In this document: positions 13,871 through 27,181 of the stretch, one piece after another
How positions within the stretch are numbered: position 1 is the first letter of the stretch
How the letters are laid out: each line of letters opens with the position of its first letter
Assembly (NCBI RefSeq): GCF_009914755.1
Contig: NC_060928.1
Source: the human T2T-CHM13v2.0 reference genome, Homo sapiens
Strand: one strand, 5' to 3'
Length of the DNA: 64,000 nucleotides
The notes under the pieces: model-generated
What the model was told of the DNA's origin: nothing
Databases searched by the model: none
The model's input: only the letters and a program-made list of their open reading frames with translations
Translations under genes and position numbers: made by a program

Positions 13871-15201
13871 GAATCTTCTCGGCTGGCAAATCCCTGGTTG
13901 GGCAGTAGCATCACTGTTTCTTTCCCTGCATCTCAGTTCCTTCCTCTCTGGTCTCGCCTGCTCCTCCAGAATCTGCCTACGTGGACTCCCACATTAGCCT
14001 GAAGCACTCCTCGAGGTTAACGAGGCCACGAAACAAGAGAGAGGAAAAGGAGAGGTGGTCAAAATTAGTTTCTTTTAGACTGGATTGATTTCCTCTGGGC
14101 CCTGGAATTGGCAGGACATAAATAGATAATCAAAGATTTTTACTTGCCCAGGTAGAAATTATATAATCAGAGGCTGCTTCTTCCTTTGGTTTTTTTGAGA
14201 CTTCACTGGAAGGAAATTCTCCTTGAGTTCTCAATGACATCGAGCATTCCTCCTCTGCTTTTACTTGGAAATCTTCATTCTCTTTAAGCCAACAGCCTTC
14301 AAAGCTAATCAGGTTATTCTATGTAAGTTAATGTACACACTGGGGCTTTAAAAATACATCTTTTATGATCTTTGGCGTGTATGTGTCTTGTGTGTGTGAC
14401 AAGAGAGATCATACAATGACACAGATAACCCATTTCAGAAATAACCTTGTTTCCTTCTTCAGGATCCACGGAACCCAGGAACATGACCCCCATCCCTGTC
14501 CACCGCAGAGTTCAAAGATGAGAAAGCGCTCTGCCCCTACCTGCATTCTGAGCAGGTGAACCTTTCAACTCCTGTTAGCAGAGGGAATGATTTCTTTCCA
14601 GTCTCCCCCGTTTCAGCCCCCATCGCAATGACTCCCAACTCTGCACCTGGCTCCAGAGCCCAAACTCTTTTCTCCACTCTCCTCCACCTACTTATGCCCC
14701 AGGCATCTCCAGCTCAACTCATCCAAGCTGATCATCCCCTCTGTCCCACACTCAGTCCACCAGACCTGCTGTTCCTCCAGCATTTCCTGCAGCACTGTAA
14801 ATATTTCCAATCATCCACATGAAAAACCTGCTGCCCGTAGCAGCCAGGAATTCTTTTCTGCCAGGGGAAACAAGTCTTTTGTGCCCACAGCCACTAGCTC
14901 AGGCCCGTGACATACTGGATCAGCCAGAGAAGCCTGGCCCAGCAGGACGCCTCCTTCTTGCTTGTCTCCACATTCGGGCACTTTTGCCTGCTCCATTCCC
15001 TCCCCTCTTGACCTAGTTTGGCCCTTAGTTTCTTCCTTGGACTTCTGTAAACACCAGGTGGAAGTGGGCTCAGAGCATTGGGCCCCAGTCCAGACAACCT
15101 GCGTTCAAGTCCTGCCTCCACCCAGTCTTAGTTCTGTGACCTGAATGACATCATTTCATCCTCCCTCTGCCTCAGTTCCCTTATCCTTAAGAACAATGCC
15201 T

Positions 15202-15597
<396 letters not shown>

Positions 15598-15730
15598 CTA
15601 GATAGTACATATTTCTGGTGTTGCAAGTCAAGAAGCAAAATTGAGGCTACTATGTAGGTATTTATAAAACTAGAGAAAAAATAAAGATCCACAATGTTTT
15701 TACTGGTAAAATTCAAAATACAATAATAAT

Positions 15731-16080
15731 TGGAACTCATAGAGAGTAGAAGGGTGATTGCCAAGGGCTAGGAGTGGGGGAATGCTGAGATGTTGGTCGA
15801 AGGGTCCAAACTTTTGCTTATAAGATGAGTAAGTTCTGGGGTTCTAGAGTACAGGATGTACTGTAGCTAATAGTACTGTATTGTAAACCTGAAATCTGCT
15901 GAGAATAGATCTCTAGTATCACCACTACACACACAAAAAAAATAGTTACTATGTGAGGTGATGGACATGTTAATTCGATTGTGGTAATCATTTCACAACG
16001 TATACCAAATCGTCATATTGTATATCTTCAATATATACAAGTTTCATTTGCAAATTGTACCTCAATAAAGCCAGAAAAAA
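15731..16080 (+). mobile_element. L1MA-type 3' end
   Basis: gagagtagaagggtgattgcc...ataagatgagtaagttctgg...tgtggtaatcatttcacaa...cctcaataaagc. Confidence 0.85.
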
Positions 16081-16101
16081 GTATTATTAATTGAGGACAA
16101 T

Positions 16102-16240
16102 TTTATTCATTTATTTATGGAATAGAGGTGGGGTCTTGATATGTTGCCCAGGCTGGTCCCAAACTCCTGGAATCAAGTGATCCTCCTGCCTTGGCCTCCC
16201 AAAGTTCTTGGATTACAGGGGTGAGCCGCTGCACCTGACC
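16102..16240 (-). mobile_element. FLAM/Alu monomer, antisense
   Basis: Single arm; TSD aggacaatttt on both flanks. Confidence 0.85.
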
Positions 16241-17285
16241 AAGGACAATTTTTTTTTTAATTCAGGCCTACTAATGAGAACAACAGAATTCTTTGTGAGG
16301 AGGATAACATTTTCTTTAATTAGTGTTTGAAGTTAGTATTCCCTATCATCAAAATCAATTTCGAGTGTTACACCTGTAAAAATCATTCTTAGCTCACCTG
16401 CCAGCAAAAACAGATGGTGGGCTTGATTTGGCCTGCAGGCCACGGTTTGCCCACTCCAGGGAAAGAATAGAAGTGATATTGCTAAGTGCTTAACACATCA
16501 TGACTACTGAAAGGGTGCTAGCCACTACAATGATCTCTCACCATCCTACCCACCTCCACCGGTGGCTTCAGATGTGTACATGCTCAGGGTTTTCTTAGGC
16601 TGTCTCATACCTGAGCCTTTGCCCAGGCTGTGCTCTCAAGATCCCACCTCCCTAGAAAACCTTTCCTGCTCCCCTCCCTTCTTCCACATCTTTCCATCCC
16701 TAAGGGACTCACTTAATCCCTCTTCAAGCTCCTGATCCTTCCAGAGCCCCCCTCCCTTCTCCTCTCCTATTTGATTAATTTATTCTTCTTCCCCTTGCAA
16801 CTTCAAGGTGACACCACGCATCACTCACGATGTCTCCAGCTCTATGCTTAATTGTACTATGTGCTCAATAAATATTGACTGTAATGAATGAACCTCCTAC
16901 CTGCAAATGGAAGACTCAGCAGAAGCCCTCCTCCATTGCTTCACTTCCCAAGGAGCTCTTTGTTCTCAAAGTATCTGAAACACTTGGTCCTCATTGGTTT
17001 TCTTATAAATGACACATTATAGAATAACAGCTAAGTGCCTTGGCCCTGGTTACAAATTCCAGCTCCATCACTTCCTGGCCTTGTGGTTTTGTAGAACTTA
17101 CTTAACTTGTCTGAGCCTCAATTTGTTGGTAAAATGGTGATAATGGTGGTACCCACCTCATATGTTGTTTGCAGATTAGATTACATAAAGCATACAAAGC
17201 ACTTAGCACAGTAAATACTCTATAAATATCTGTTGCTTTCTTCACAATTATTGAGCAATGGCCATGTTTTAAGCTCTTTCATTAA

Positions 17286-17607
17286 TTTTTTTTTCTTTTG
17301 AGACAAGGTCTCACTGTGTCACCCATGTTGGAGTGCAATGGTGGAATCACAGCTCACTGCAGTCTCGAGCTCCCAGGTTCAAGCGATCCTCCCCCTGCAG
17401 CCTCCTGAGTAGCTGAGACTACAGGTGTACATTGCCACGCTCAGCTAATTTATTTTTTTATTTTATTTATTTATTTTTTGTATATTTTGTAGAGACAGGG
17501 TCTCAATATGTGGCACAGGCTGGTTTCAAACGCCTGGCCCCTAGCGATCCTCCTGCCTCAGCCTCCCAAGGTGCTAAGATTACAAGCGTGAGCCACCATG
17601 CCTGGCC
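17286..17607 (-). mobile_element. AluJ, antisense, flanked by MIR fragments
   Basis: Reverse Alu; TSD cattaattt; MIR core gatgagaaaactgaggc at ~17672. Confidence 0.9.
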
Positions 17608-18879
17608 ATTAATTTGTTATTTTCTCACAAATATGCTGTGAGGCAGGTATTACTGTCATACCTATTTTAAAGATGAGAAAACTGAGGCAGAGAGACATTG
17701 TTTGTGTAAGGTGACACAGCCAGTGTGGTAGAGCCAAGATTCAAATCCAGGCCATCTGGTCTAAAAATGTGTTGCTAACCACAGTTGCTGGGTGTCTTAT
17801 AGAGATATGCCCCTTCAGCAAGATTTGAGGCTCTTTGAGGGTTAGGAATGTGTTGTAGAATTCTTCATACCCTTCCTAGCGGCCGGCACGCACCCTGCAC
17901 ATGGTGCTCCTTGATACAGATCTGCTAATTCATGTACTCATCCCTCCAACACCCTAATCCAGAAGAGGGTAAGAGTGTTCCACAGAGATTTCCTCCCAGC
18001 CAGGCCTGACTGCCCATGAGCACCTTTGTGTCTTATAGAAGGGGACACAAAGGGAAGCAGAAAAGGAGGAAAATATAAGAAAAGAGTGCAGGTGGGGTGT
18101 CTGGGGAGAATTTCACCTGCTCAGAAGGCGACAGTGGAATTAGAGTCGACCTCAATGAACTCCTATTTCTTGCTGTTCCGTAGAGCACCAGCCCCATCAT
18201 CAGTGAGCGGCTGTGAGGACACCAACCAGCACAGGCTGACTCTACTGATTGTCTGTAACATGATTGTCCCTCTTAATCAAAGTGATGTCATCCTCTGATT
18301 TTAGAAAGTGAAGGATAGCAAAATTAATGTTGGCTCAAGTGGGCTTCTAATGGCCGTGGGCCGCCGAGGGGCTGCAGGCCTGCAGGCCTGCTGCATCTCA
18401 ATGATGTGCACTGGGATTTCTTTGCTAACAAGGGTGCCATAAGTCTTAATTATCCAGAACCAAGGCCTCACCTTGCTGTGTGTCCCCCGGGAGCTCCCTG
18501 TGAAGTCAGTGGTAGCTTTGCCTGCGGTTCAGCCCGGTGAAAACTTGCCTACAAATGTTTGCAAATTACCTCGTGCACCTCTGAAGGAAACAGGAGGGAA
18601 TTATTTATTTTTAGAAGGTTGGCGCAGCCTTGCCCCTGCCTCGCCTGTCACACTCTGTGTTACTCAAATCCTACTCCCTTCCCTCTGATTAATTCTGAAC
18701 CCTGGGTCTCTTTTCTTTACAGTTGATGGATACACCTCTTAGGTCTTGCCCTCAGCCAAACTGCTGGTAATGTCCTGTTGCTCTTTCTCCTTCCTTAGGG
18801 GGCTCTCTAGAGAAAGCCTAATGCATTTTCCATTAGAGGAACTGATTTGTCCTTTCCTTTCCAGCAATGGAAAGCAATC

Positions 18880-19292
18880 TCCCCCATGTGGAGGATGTCA
18901 AGAGCCCCTTAAATGGCTCTTCCTGCCTGGACTGAGGCACCCATGCCCCCGCTGCTGTGAATGCTGCCTGTTAACAACACAGCTGTTCCCTTCTCCTGAG
19001 ACTTGCCCTGGGAGAAAAGCACCACTCACTTGGAAAAGCTGGGGAGGTTTGCCTTCCCGCTGGGGCCAGCACAAAGACTAGCCCTCTTGCCTCGCTCAAG
19101 AGGGCAATCTGTGTCCCCATACATGCCCCAGAGCTACCACAGGATCAGGCTGAGGCCAAACCTCCTCTGAGCCTGTCCTATTTGCGTTTTCCTCACACCC
19201 TTACAGGTTTCACTTGAAAGCACTCCCTCAAGAAATTGCTTGCCCAAGGAGCCCCGTTTCTGGCTCAGCATCTTGGCAAACCAATCTAAGCC
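18880..19292 (+). mobile_element. LTR16-type ERVL solo LTR
   Basis: ccccagagct...ggatcaggctgaggc...agcactccctcaa...aaccaatctaag resembles the LTR16 consensus from recall. Confidence 0.55.
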
Positions 19293-21329
19293 GCCTCGCT
19301 AAGCCATCCTTCCCACTGCAAGCAGAATAGTCTTTTCAAACTGCAGCCTGATCATGCCACTTCCTTTCTTAAGCCTTCAATGCCTTCCATTGTCCAAACT
19401 CCGGAGCTTGGGTCTTAATGCCCCGAGACCTGGCTCTCCTTCCACCTTCATCCTCACCTCCCAGAGAGGTCACTTCCTCCAGAGATGCCTATCCAGACCC
19501 CCTACCATAAATACTATCGTATTGAGACTGCCCGCTTGCTTTTCTTTCTTCTCCTCTAGACTGTAAACTCCTCTGGAATTCCAGAAACCTACCATGCATG
19601 CATGTGGCACATATAAGACCTTCAGTAATTATTTGTTGATTGACAAAATTGAACTGATGAATGATTGAACTAGATACTTCATACATGTTTAATAATAACA
19701 GCCAAATGCCAACTTCAAGTTAATGTTATATCAATATTTGCCTCCTTGTGATTTATCTAAAGTTCTCCTAAGTGGCAGAATTCACTGGGAATGTATTAAA
19801 ATAATTACATGTTTTAACACATACATATATGCAGGTTGATTAGGGTGTCCCGTACAATCAATGTACAGATGTTCTCTGATGTTTCAGGTTTTCATTTCTT
19901 TTGGACACTTAGTTTGTCAATCAAAGCCTTCCCAGCCCCCACTGACCAACCTCTGACTTTCAGCAATTCTCTGTCGAATGTTAAATACCCTTGCCTTCTC
20001 TCTGCATGTTCCCAACAACAACAAAGAAACAAAACAAACAAACAAAATACTCTGCAATTTCAAGTGCCAGAATAGCTCTTCTTATCGGAGAAAGAAAGCC
20101 TTGAACATCAGTGAACCATGCTTATAATCTGCCATTTCACTGCTGACTTTTCAGAAAAGCATCACCCTGCAAAGAAGCTGCTCTTGAATGCAGGCCTCAT
20201 GATTGCCAGAGTCATCGAATGTTCGGACTTGCCTAGTTCTCACTTTGGAACTGGGTGTATCAGCTAGTCGAGTGCATTAATTCTGGGCATGACCACAGAC
20301 TGAAACACAAGCAGCATTAACAAATTACCAGTGATAGATATGCAAATGGGCCAAGGACAAGTGTTAAAACAGCCCTACCTCGCTTTGCCGCTACTTTGTC
20401 CTGTCCAAAATTTGTAGAATTATTAATCCTCCTGGAACGCTTAGTAGTGCGTATAGGGTAATATTCTTGAGGAAGCTAATAATTATCTCTTGTTAGTAAC
20501 ATCAGCTTACTACAGTCTTTCACTGCGGGGACAGAAAAATATTGTGACTTTGTTATGCTAAACGAAACACAGTGGCAGGATAAATTAGGACATTTAAACT
20601 AACAATAATAACGTCACACAGCTATAGTTCCCCTCTACATATCATTGATAAAATTAACAGAAAACAGGCACGGTGATAATAGAAGAATATGCATTATGAT
20701 AAGACACAAAGGGACAAACTTTCTTCTGTTGCTTATGTTGTTATAGCTAATATTTATTACGCACCCACTTTGCAAGGCATAACTCTTATCAAGGACAATG
20801 ATAATAATAAATTACTATCTGTCAACCATAGTAACTTCATTATGTAACCAGGCAGCACTCTTATTAAGGCTTTAGAACCTATTAAAAGTTTCATTTTGAA
20901 ACAATGAACCAAGAGGAACAAATTTATGAATTGTGCATCTGCGATATTAACCCAAAGACTGAGCCTTGGAGACAAAAAAATTCTAAAGAAAAAAATTAAT
21001 TTCTGCCAAAGAAAATCTAAGAACGTAAGTTAGCCGGCCCTACCAGCTGCCTCCAGCTGTGCTGTAGCAGAGATGAGGCAAATATCTAATTTCGCAGGAA
21101 AATATTTGTAGACTAGACTTTGAATCAGGCAGAGTCCAACAAGCCTTCCCTGCCCGGTTCTCAATCAAATGGTATAATAAACAGCAATGTCCTCACATGT
21201 CCAAGATTCCCCTCTGATCTCTGGATCTGATCACGATTGTGTTCATCACCTTCCCTGATATATTCAGACATAACTCACCCACTGCATTTGCTAGTTTAAT
21301 TTGCTTAGTGTGCATGGTAGACCGTTTAC

Positions 21330-21860
21330 AAAGTTGGCTGTAGTAAATCCTCACATCAGGTCGAACATCTCTTTGCAACGTGACTTTGTACTGCTTCCCA
21401 TCAAGTGATGGAATCTATTTCTCCTTGCCTTTAATCTAGGAAGGCTTTGCAACTTTCTCTAAGAAAAGAATACAACGGAAGTGATATTTTGGCAACTTCC
21501 AAGCCCAGTCCTTAAGATACCTTGTTGCAGCTTTCATTTCTATCATCTTAGAACACAGGGCCACCAGGTAAGGAAGCCAGGGCTAACCATCTTGAAGATG
21601 AGAACTCGCATGGAGACAGGCGGCCCAGCCAATAGCCAGTACCAACTGCCAGACATATTGGCCATCCAGAATGATGGTTCCAGTTATACTCCTAGGTGAC
21701 AGTAGCTGCATAAGTTACTCCAAAAGAGACCAAGCAGAAGAACCACCCCGTTGAGCCCAATATAAATTGCTGACCCTCAGAATCGTGAACAAATAAAATA
21801 GTTATAATTTTAAGCCACTGAATTTTGGAGCAGTTTGTTACACAGCAATTGGTAACCACA
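21330..21860 (+). mobile_element. MLT1G/H-type MaLR LTR
   Basis: gcaacgtgactttg...cccatcaag...agaagaaccacccc...ttttaagccactgaattttgg...tttgttacacagcaat. Confidence 0.75.
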
Positions 21861-22262
21861 CATGAACAACGTGATAGACACTTTAGAATTCTACGCAGTA
21901 CTTTAGAGGAATGGCTCTAACTCCTACACAACACCAGCCTCCAGGACTGTGTTAACTTGGGAAGCTAAGGAATTCTTCTTGTTTCTTTCCCCTTCATCTC
22001 TCAAAGCAATTCACACTGAGACTGAACTGTTCAACCTTCCTTTGCCAAGGGATTAATAAAAAATTGAAGGCTCAGAAATGCTTCTTCAGTGGTTGACTGA
22101 TAGTTTGTTTACAGTAAGGTGGGTGGAAAGGCAACCCCAGCTATCCTCCTCTGTCTAGGGGAGAAATTGCCTCAGCTCTGGCACCACTGCCAAGACCCTG
22201 AGGCCTAAGGGAGGACCTCTGGTGACTGGGACCAATGAATGGTGTATTATAATGCCAGCGCT

Positions 22263-22581
22263 GGCCGAGGGCTATGGCTCAGGCCTGTAATCCCAGGACT
22301 TTGGGAGGCTGAGGCAGGTGGATCACCTGAGGTCAGGAGTTCGAGACCCAGCCTGGCCAACATGGTGAAATCTCGTCTCTACTAAAAATCCAAAAATTAG
22401 CCAGGCTTGGTGGTGGGTGCCTGTAATCTGAGCTACTTGGAGGCTGAGGCAGGAAAATCGTTTGGACCCAGGAGGCGGAGTTGCAGTGAGCCGAGATCAT
22501 GCCACTGCACTCCAGCCTGGATGACAAGAGAGAGAATCCATCTTAAATAATAATAATAATAATAATAATGATGATGATGAT
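22263..22581 (+). mobile_element. AluS with (AAT)n(GAT)n tail
   Basis: Canonical dimer; tail converted to a microsatellite. Confidence 0.93.
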
Positions 22582-22898
22582 GCCAGGGCTCTCCAGAGGA
22601 ACAGCACCAACAGGATGTGTATATGTAATCTGTAGGGTAGGCTGGCAGGCTGGAGACCCAGAGAACGGTTTCAGCTTGAGCTCAAAGGCAGTAAGTATAT
22701 TGGCAGAATTTCCTGTCCTTCTGGATTAGTCTTTTTCCATTAAGGCCTTCAACTGATCGGAGAAAGCCTGCCTAGATTATGGAGAATAATCTGCTTTATT
22801 CCAAGTTTACTGTTAATCTTATCTAAAAAATACCTTCACAGAAACACCTAGAACAATGTTTGATCAAATTTCTGGGTACTGTGGCCTAGCTAATTTGA

Positions 22899-23190
<292 letters not shown>

Positions 23191-23214
23191 TGACACATGA
23201 ATTAACTATTACAG

Positions 23215-23690
23215 ATGGTTTTATGAATTGAATTGTGTCTCCTCAAAGAAAGATACGCTGAAGTCCTACCCCTAGTACTTCAGAATATGACCTTATTTGG
23301 AGATAGGGTCTTTACAAAAGTAATCAAGTTAAAATGAGGTTGTTAGGATGGGTCCTAATCCAATATAATTGATATCCTTATCAAAAAGGGGAAATTTGGA
23401 CACAGAGATAGACTCACACAGAGGGAAGACGATGAAGACACACAGGGAGGAGGCAGCCATGTGACTGATGTAATGTGTCTACAAGCCGAGGAAAGCCAGG
23501 GGTTGTCAGCAGAGACCAGGAGCTAGAAGAAGCAAGGAAGGAGTCTCCCGTGAGCATTCAGGGATAGCGTGGCCCTGCTGACATCTTGATTTTGGACTTC
23601 CAGACTCTAGAACTGTGATGCAATAGATTTCTGTTTCAAGCCACCCAGTTTTGGGTCCATTGTTAAGACAGCTCTGGGAAATGAATAGAG
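23215..23690 (+). mobile_element. MLT1C-type MaLR solo LTR
   Basis: ttgaattgtgtctcc...gaccttatttggagatagggtcttt...ggccctgctgacatcttgattttggacttc. Confidence 0.85.
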
Positions 23691-24448
23691 GTGGAGAGCT
23701 AAGAACCTCGTTTCCAGGTCTGAGAGGGGACCACAGGCACCTGCCCCGCTGGCAGGGGGAGGAGAGGGAGCTGAAGAAACCTTAAGTGGGTCTTCCCTCC
23801 TTGAGCTCCTGACCTCACAACATGGACCTTTGAGGAGCCCTAGGAGACAGGTCTGAGGGGAGTTGGGAAAGCGTCTACTTCCTCCCAAAGAAGCAAGTTT
23901 TCTCCTTCGGTACATGGATCACCAAGTAGAGTGGGAGGATGGAGGTTCTTGGCTGTGAACTTGTGGGTGGAAGGGCCTCAGCCCAGGTATTTGGCTGCTG
24001 GTCCTGTGTCCCATTACAACAGCTCACTCCATAGAGGACAGCCCTGAAGAACAGTCCAGCAGAAGTCACACTGAGCTTCCGAAATGGCCCCTGGAGCTAG
24101 AGAAACCTGGGTTAGTTCTGGCTCTGCCAGTCACCAGTTCATAATAATGGCTGGCTTTTTATGGAATGCTAAGCACTTCAGTTACGTGGTCTCATTGACT
24201 CATTTAAACAACTCATTTTGCAGAAGAGAGACTAAAGCTCAGAGAGGTTAAATGAGCTCCCCCAAATCACACAGCCAATGAAGATTCTAATTGAGGTAGT
24301 CTGACCACCAACTCCCCATGCCCAAATTCTTAATCACCATACCTGATAAAAGCATGCTAGGGACACTATGGCCTGGAGTAAACCCCTATATTTAATCATG
24401 CCAACTAGCAGGCCAGAAGCACTCTCTCTGTTAGACGCTATTAAAGGT

Positions 24449-24880
<432 letters not shown>

Positions 24881-25676
24881 TTAAGTTTATCCACAGGGAG
24901 GGCTTTAGCTACTGGAGACCTCACCATTTTTAATGAGTTGGCATTTTGCTCTCCAAATACATCAGCAGGTGAATGCATTTTATCAGACTTCTACTGGCAT
25001 AGCAACAGAGTTGAAAACTAAAGGAAGTTGGACCATTGCTCAAAATGCTAGGCAGCAGGCCCAGATTGTAGCTAATCAGTACCCTAGGCAAATCACTGAT
25101 TAATTCAGACTTGCTTCCCCTCATTGTGTGTCTTCTTCTGCATCTGTGCTACCTACCTGACTCAAAGGAATGGGCAGGGTGAGGGCTGGTAGGTAAAAGT
25201 GCTGTGACGGTCAGCAACCAAAGACTGTGTGATATTAAGACAGTACGTCAAGAGATGGCTTCAACATTAATCACAAAGGAGAAATCATGAGACTTTTATC
25301 CTGGAAACAGAATGGCCTTGGAATGAATATTAAGAAAGGGCAACACCCTGGTATTAGCTGCCTGCTGTCTCTGGGTACTTGCCTGTCCAAAGCAAACAGT
25401 GGAGCAAACACCAATAGCCACCGGGGCCAGAGTGTGTTCAGAGGAGAGTGTTGTTATATAGGGCAGGTCCTGGTTTCAGGTATGCCAAGAACTGGCTGCA
25501 TCACACAGCTGTGGGGTTAGAGAGTCAGGAGCTGCGTCCAAAAGGATCTCCTCTGCAATGTGTCATAGATGGGGAGGGCAGGACTCTCTGGCTGCAGGGG
25601 GTTGTTCAGCGGGTAGCTGCAATTGTAGACAAGATTTAAACTTGCATAGGTTCCTGGAAGCATTACCCTGGATGAC

Positions 25677-26120
25677 TGTATTGATTTTCTAGGGCTGCCA
25701 TAACACAGTAGGAAAAACTAGGTTGCTCAAAACAATACAAATATTTCTGGAGGGTAGAAGTCTGAAATCTAGATGGCGGCAGGGTTGGTTCCTTCCAAGG
25801 GCTCTTAGGGAGTGTTTGTTCTGTGCCTCTCTCCTAGCTTCTGGTGAAGGCTGGCAATCCTTGGTGTTCCTTGGTTTGTAGATGCATCACTCCAGTCTCT
25901 GCCTCTGTCTTCATATGGCATTCAAACAGTGTGCCTTTGTGTTTAAATTTCCCCCTTCTTATAAGGACACCAATTATATTAGATTGGGGCCTGCCCTAAT
26001 GACCTCATCTCAAATTGATCACATCTGCATAGAACCTATTTCCAAATAAGGTCACAATCACAGGCACTGAGGATTAGGGCTTCAATATATCTTTTCGGGA
26101 GGACACAATTTAATCCATAA
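25677..26120 (-). mobile_element. MLT1B/C-type MaLR LTR
   Basis: tgtattgattttctagggctgccataaca...tatttccaaataaggtcaca...ggacacaatttaatccata. Confidence 0.8.
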
Positions 26121-26464
26121 TAATGACCCTGATGGAGCCATTAGACCCCATTGGATTGAAAGCATCTGAAAATTGGGCACTATTTTATTCATTTCATATC
26201 CTCGTTGCCTAGAACCATGCCAGGCAAATAGCTAGTGCCCAGTAAGTGCTGACTGAGTGAATAAGCAATAATCTCATCCAGATCTGTATAATGTGGGTTA
26301 TTTGGCCAAGACTTTGAATGCAAAATCTTGGCTTTACTAATTCTTACCTGGGTAGTCTTTGGCAAGTCTCTTAGCAACTCCGAGCCTCAATTTGCTCCTC
26401 TCTAAAATGGGTGTAATGCAACATGCAGGTTGGTGGCCAGGTGCCAGGAAGACAGCACACATAA

Positions 26465-26799
<335 letters not shown>

Positions 26800-26820
26800 A
26801 GAAATTTTTATTTTAAAAGG

Positions 26821-27181
26821 TGATATGGTTTGGCTCTGCATCCCTTCCCAAATCTCGTCTCAAACTGTAATCTCCGCCAGTCAAGGGAGGGACCTGCTGG
26901 GAGGTGATTCGATCATGGGGGCAGTTCCCTCATGCTGTTCTTGTGATAGTGAGTGAGTTCTCATGAGATCTGATGGTTTTAGAAGTGTTTGACAGTTCCT
27001 CCTTCACATGCACTCTTTCTCGCCTGCTGCCATGTAAGATTTGCCTGCTTCCCTTCCACCATGATTGTAAGTTTCCTGAGGTCTCCCCAGCCATGTGGAG
27101 CTGAGTCAATTAAACCTCTTTTCCTTATAAATTATCCAGTCTCAGGCAATTCTTTATAGCAGTGTGAAAATGGACTAATAA
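26821..27181 (+). mobile_element. THE1 (C/D-type) solo LTR
   Basis: tgatatggtttggctctg...catgattgtaagtttcctgagg...gagtcaattaaacctc...ggactaata. Confidence 0.9.

Noticed and set aside
18423-18452. Short resemblance on the minus strand (ggcacccttgttagca) to recalled LF-SINE/AmnSINE cores
   Set aside because: Only ~16 bp and the flanks do not extend the match.
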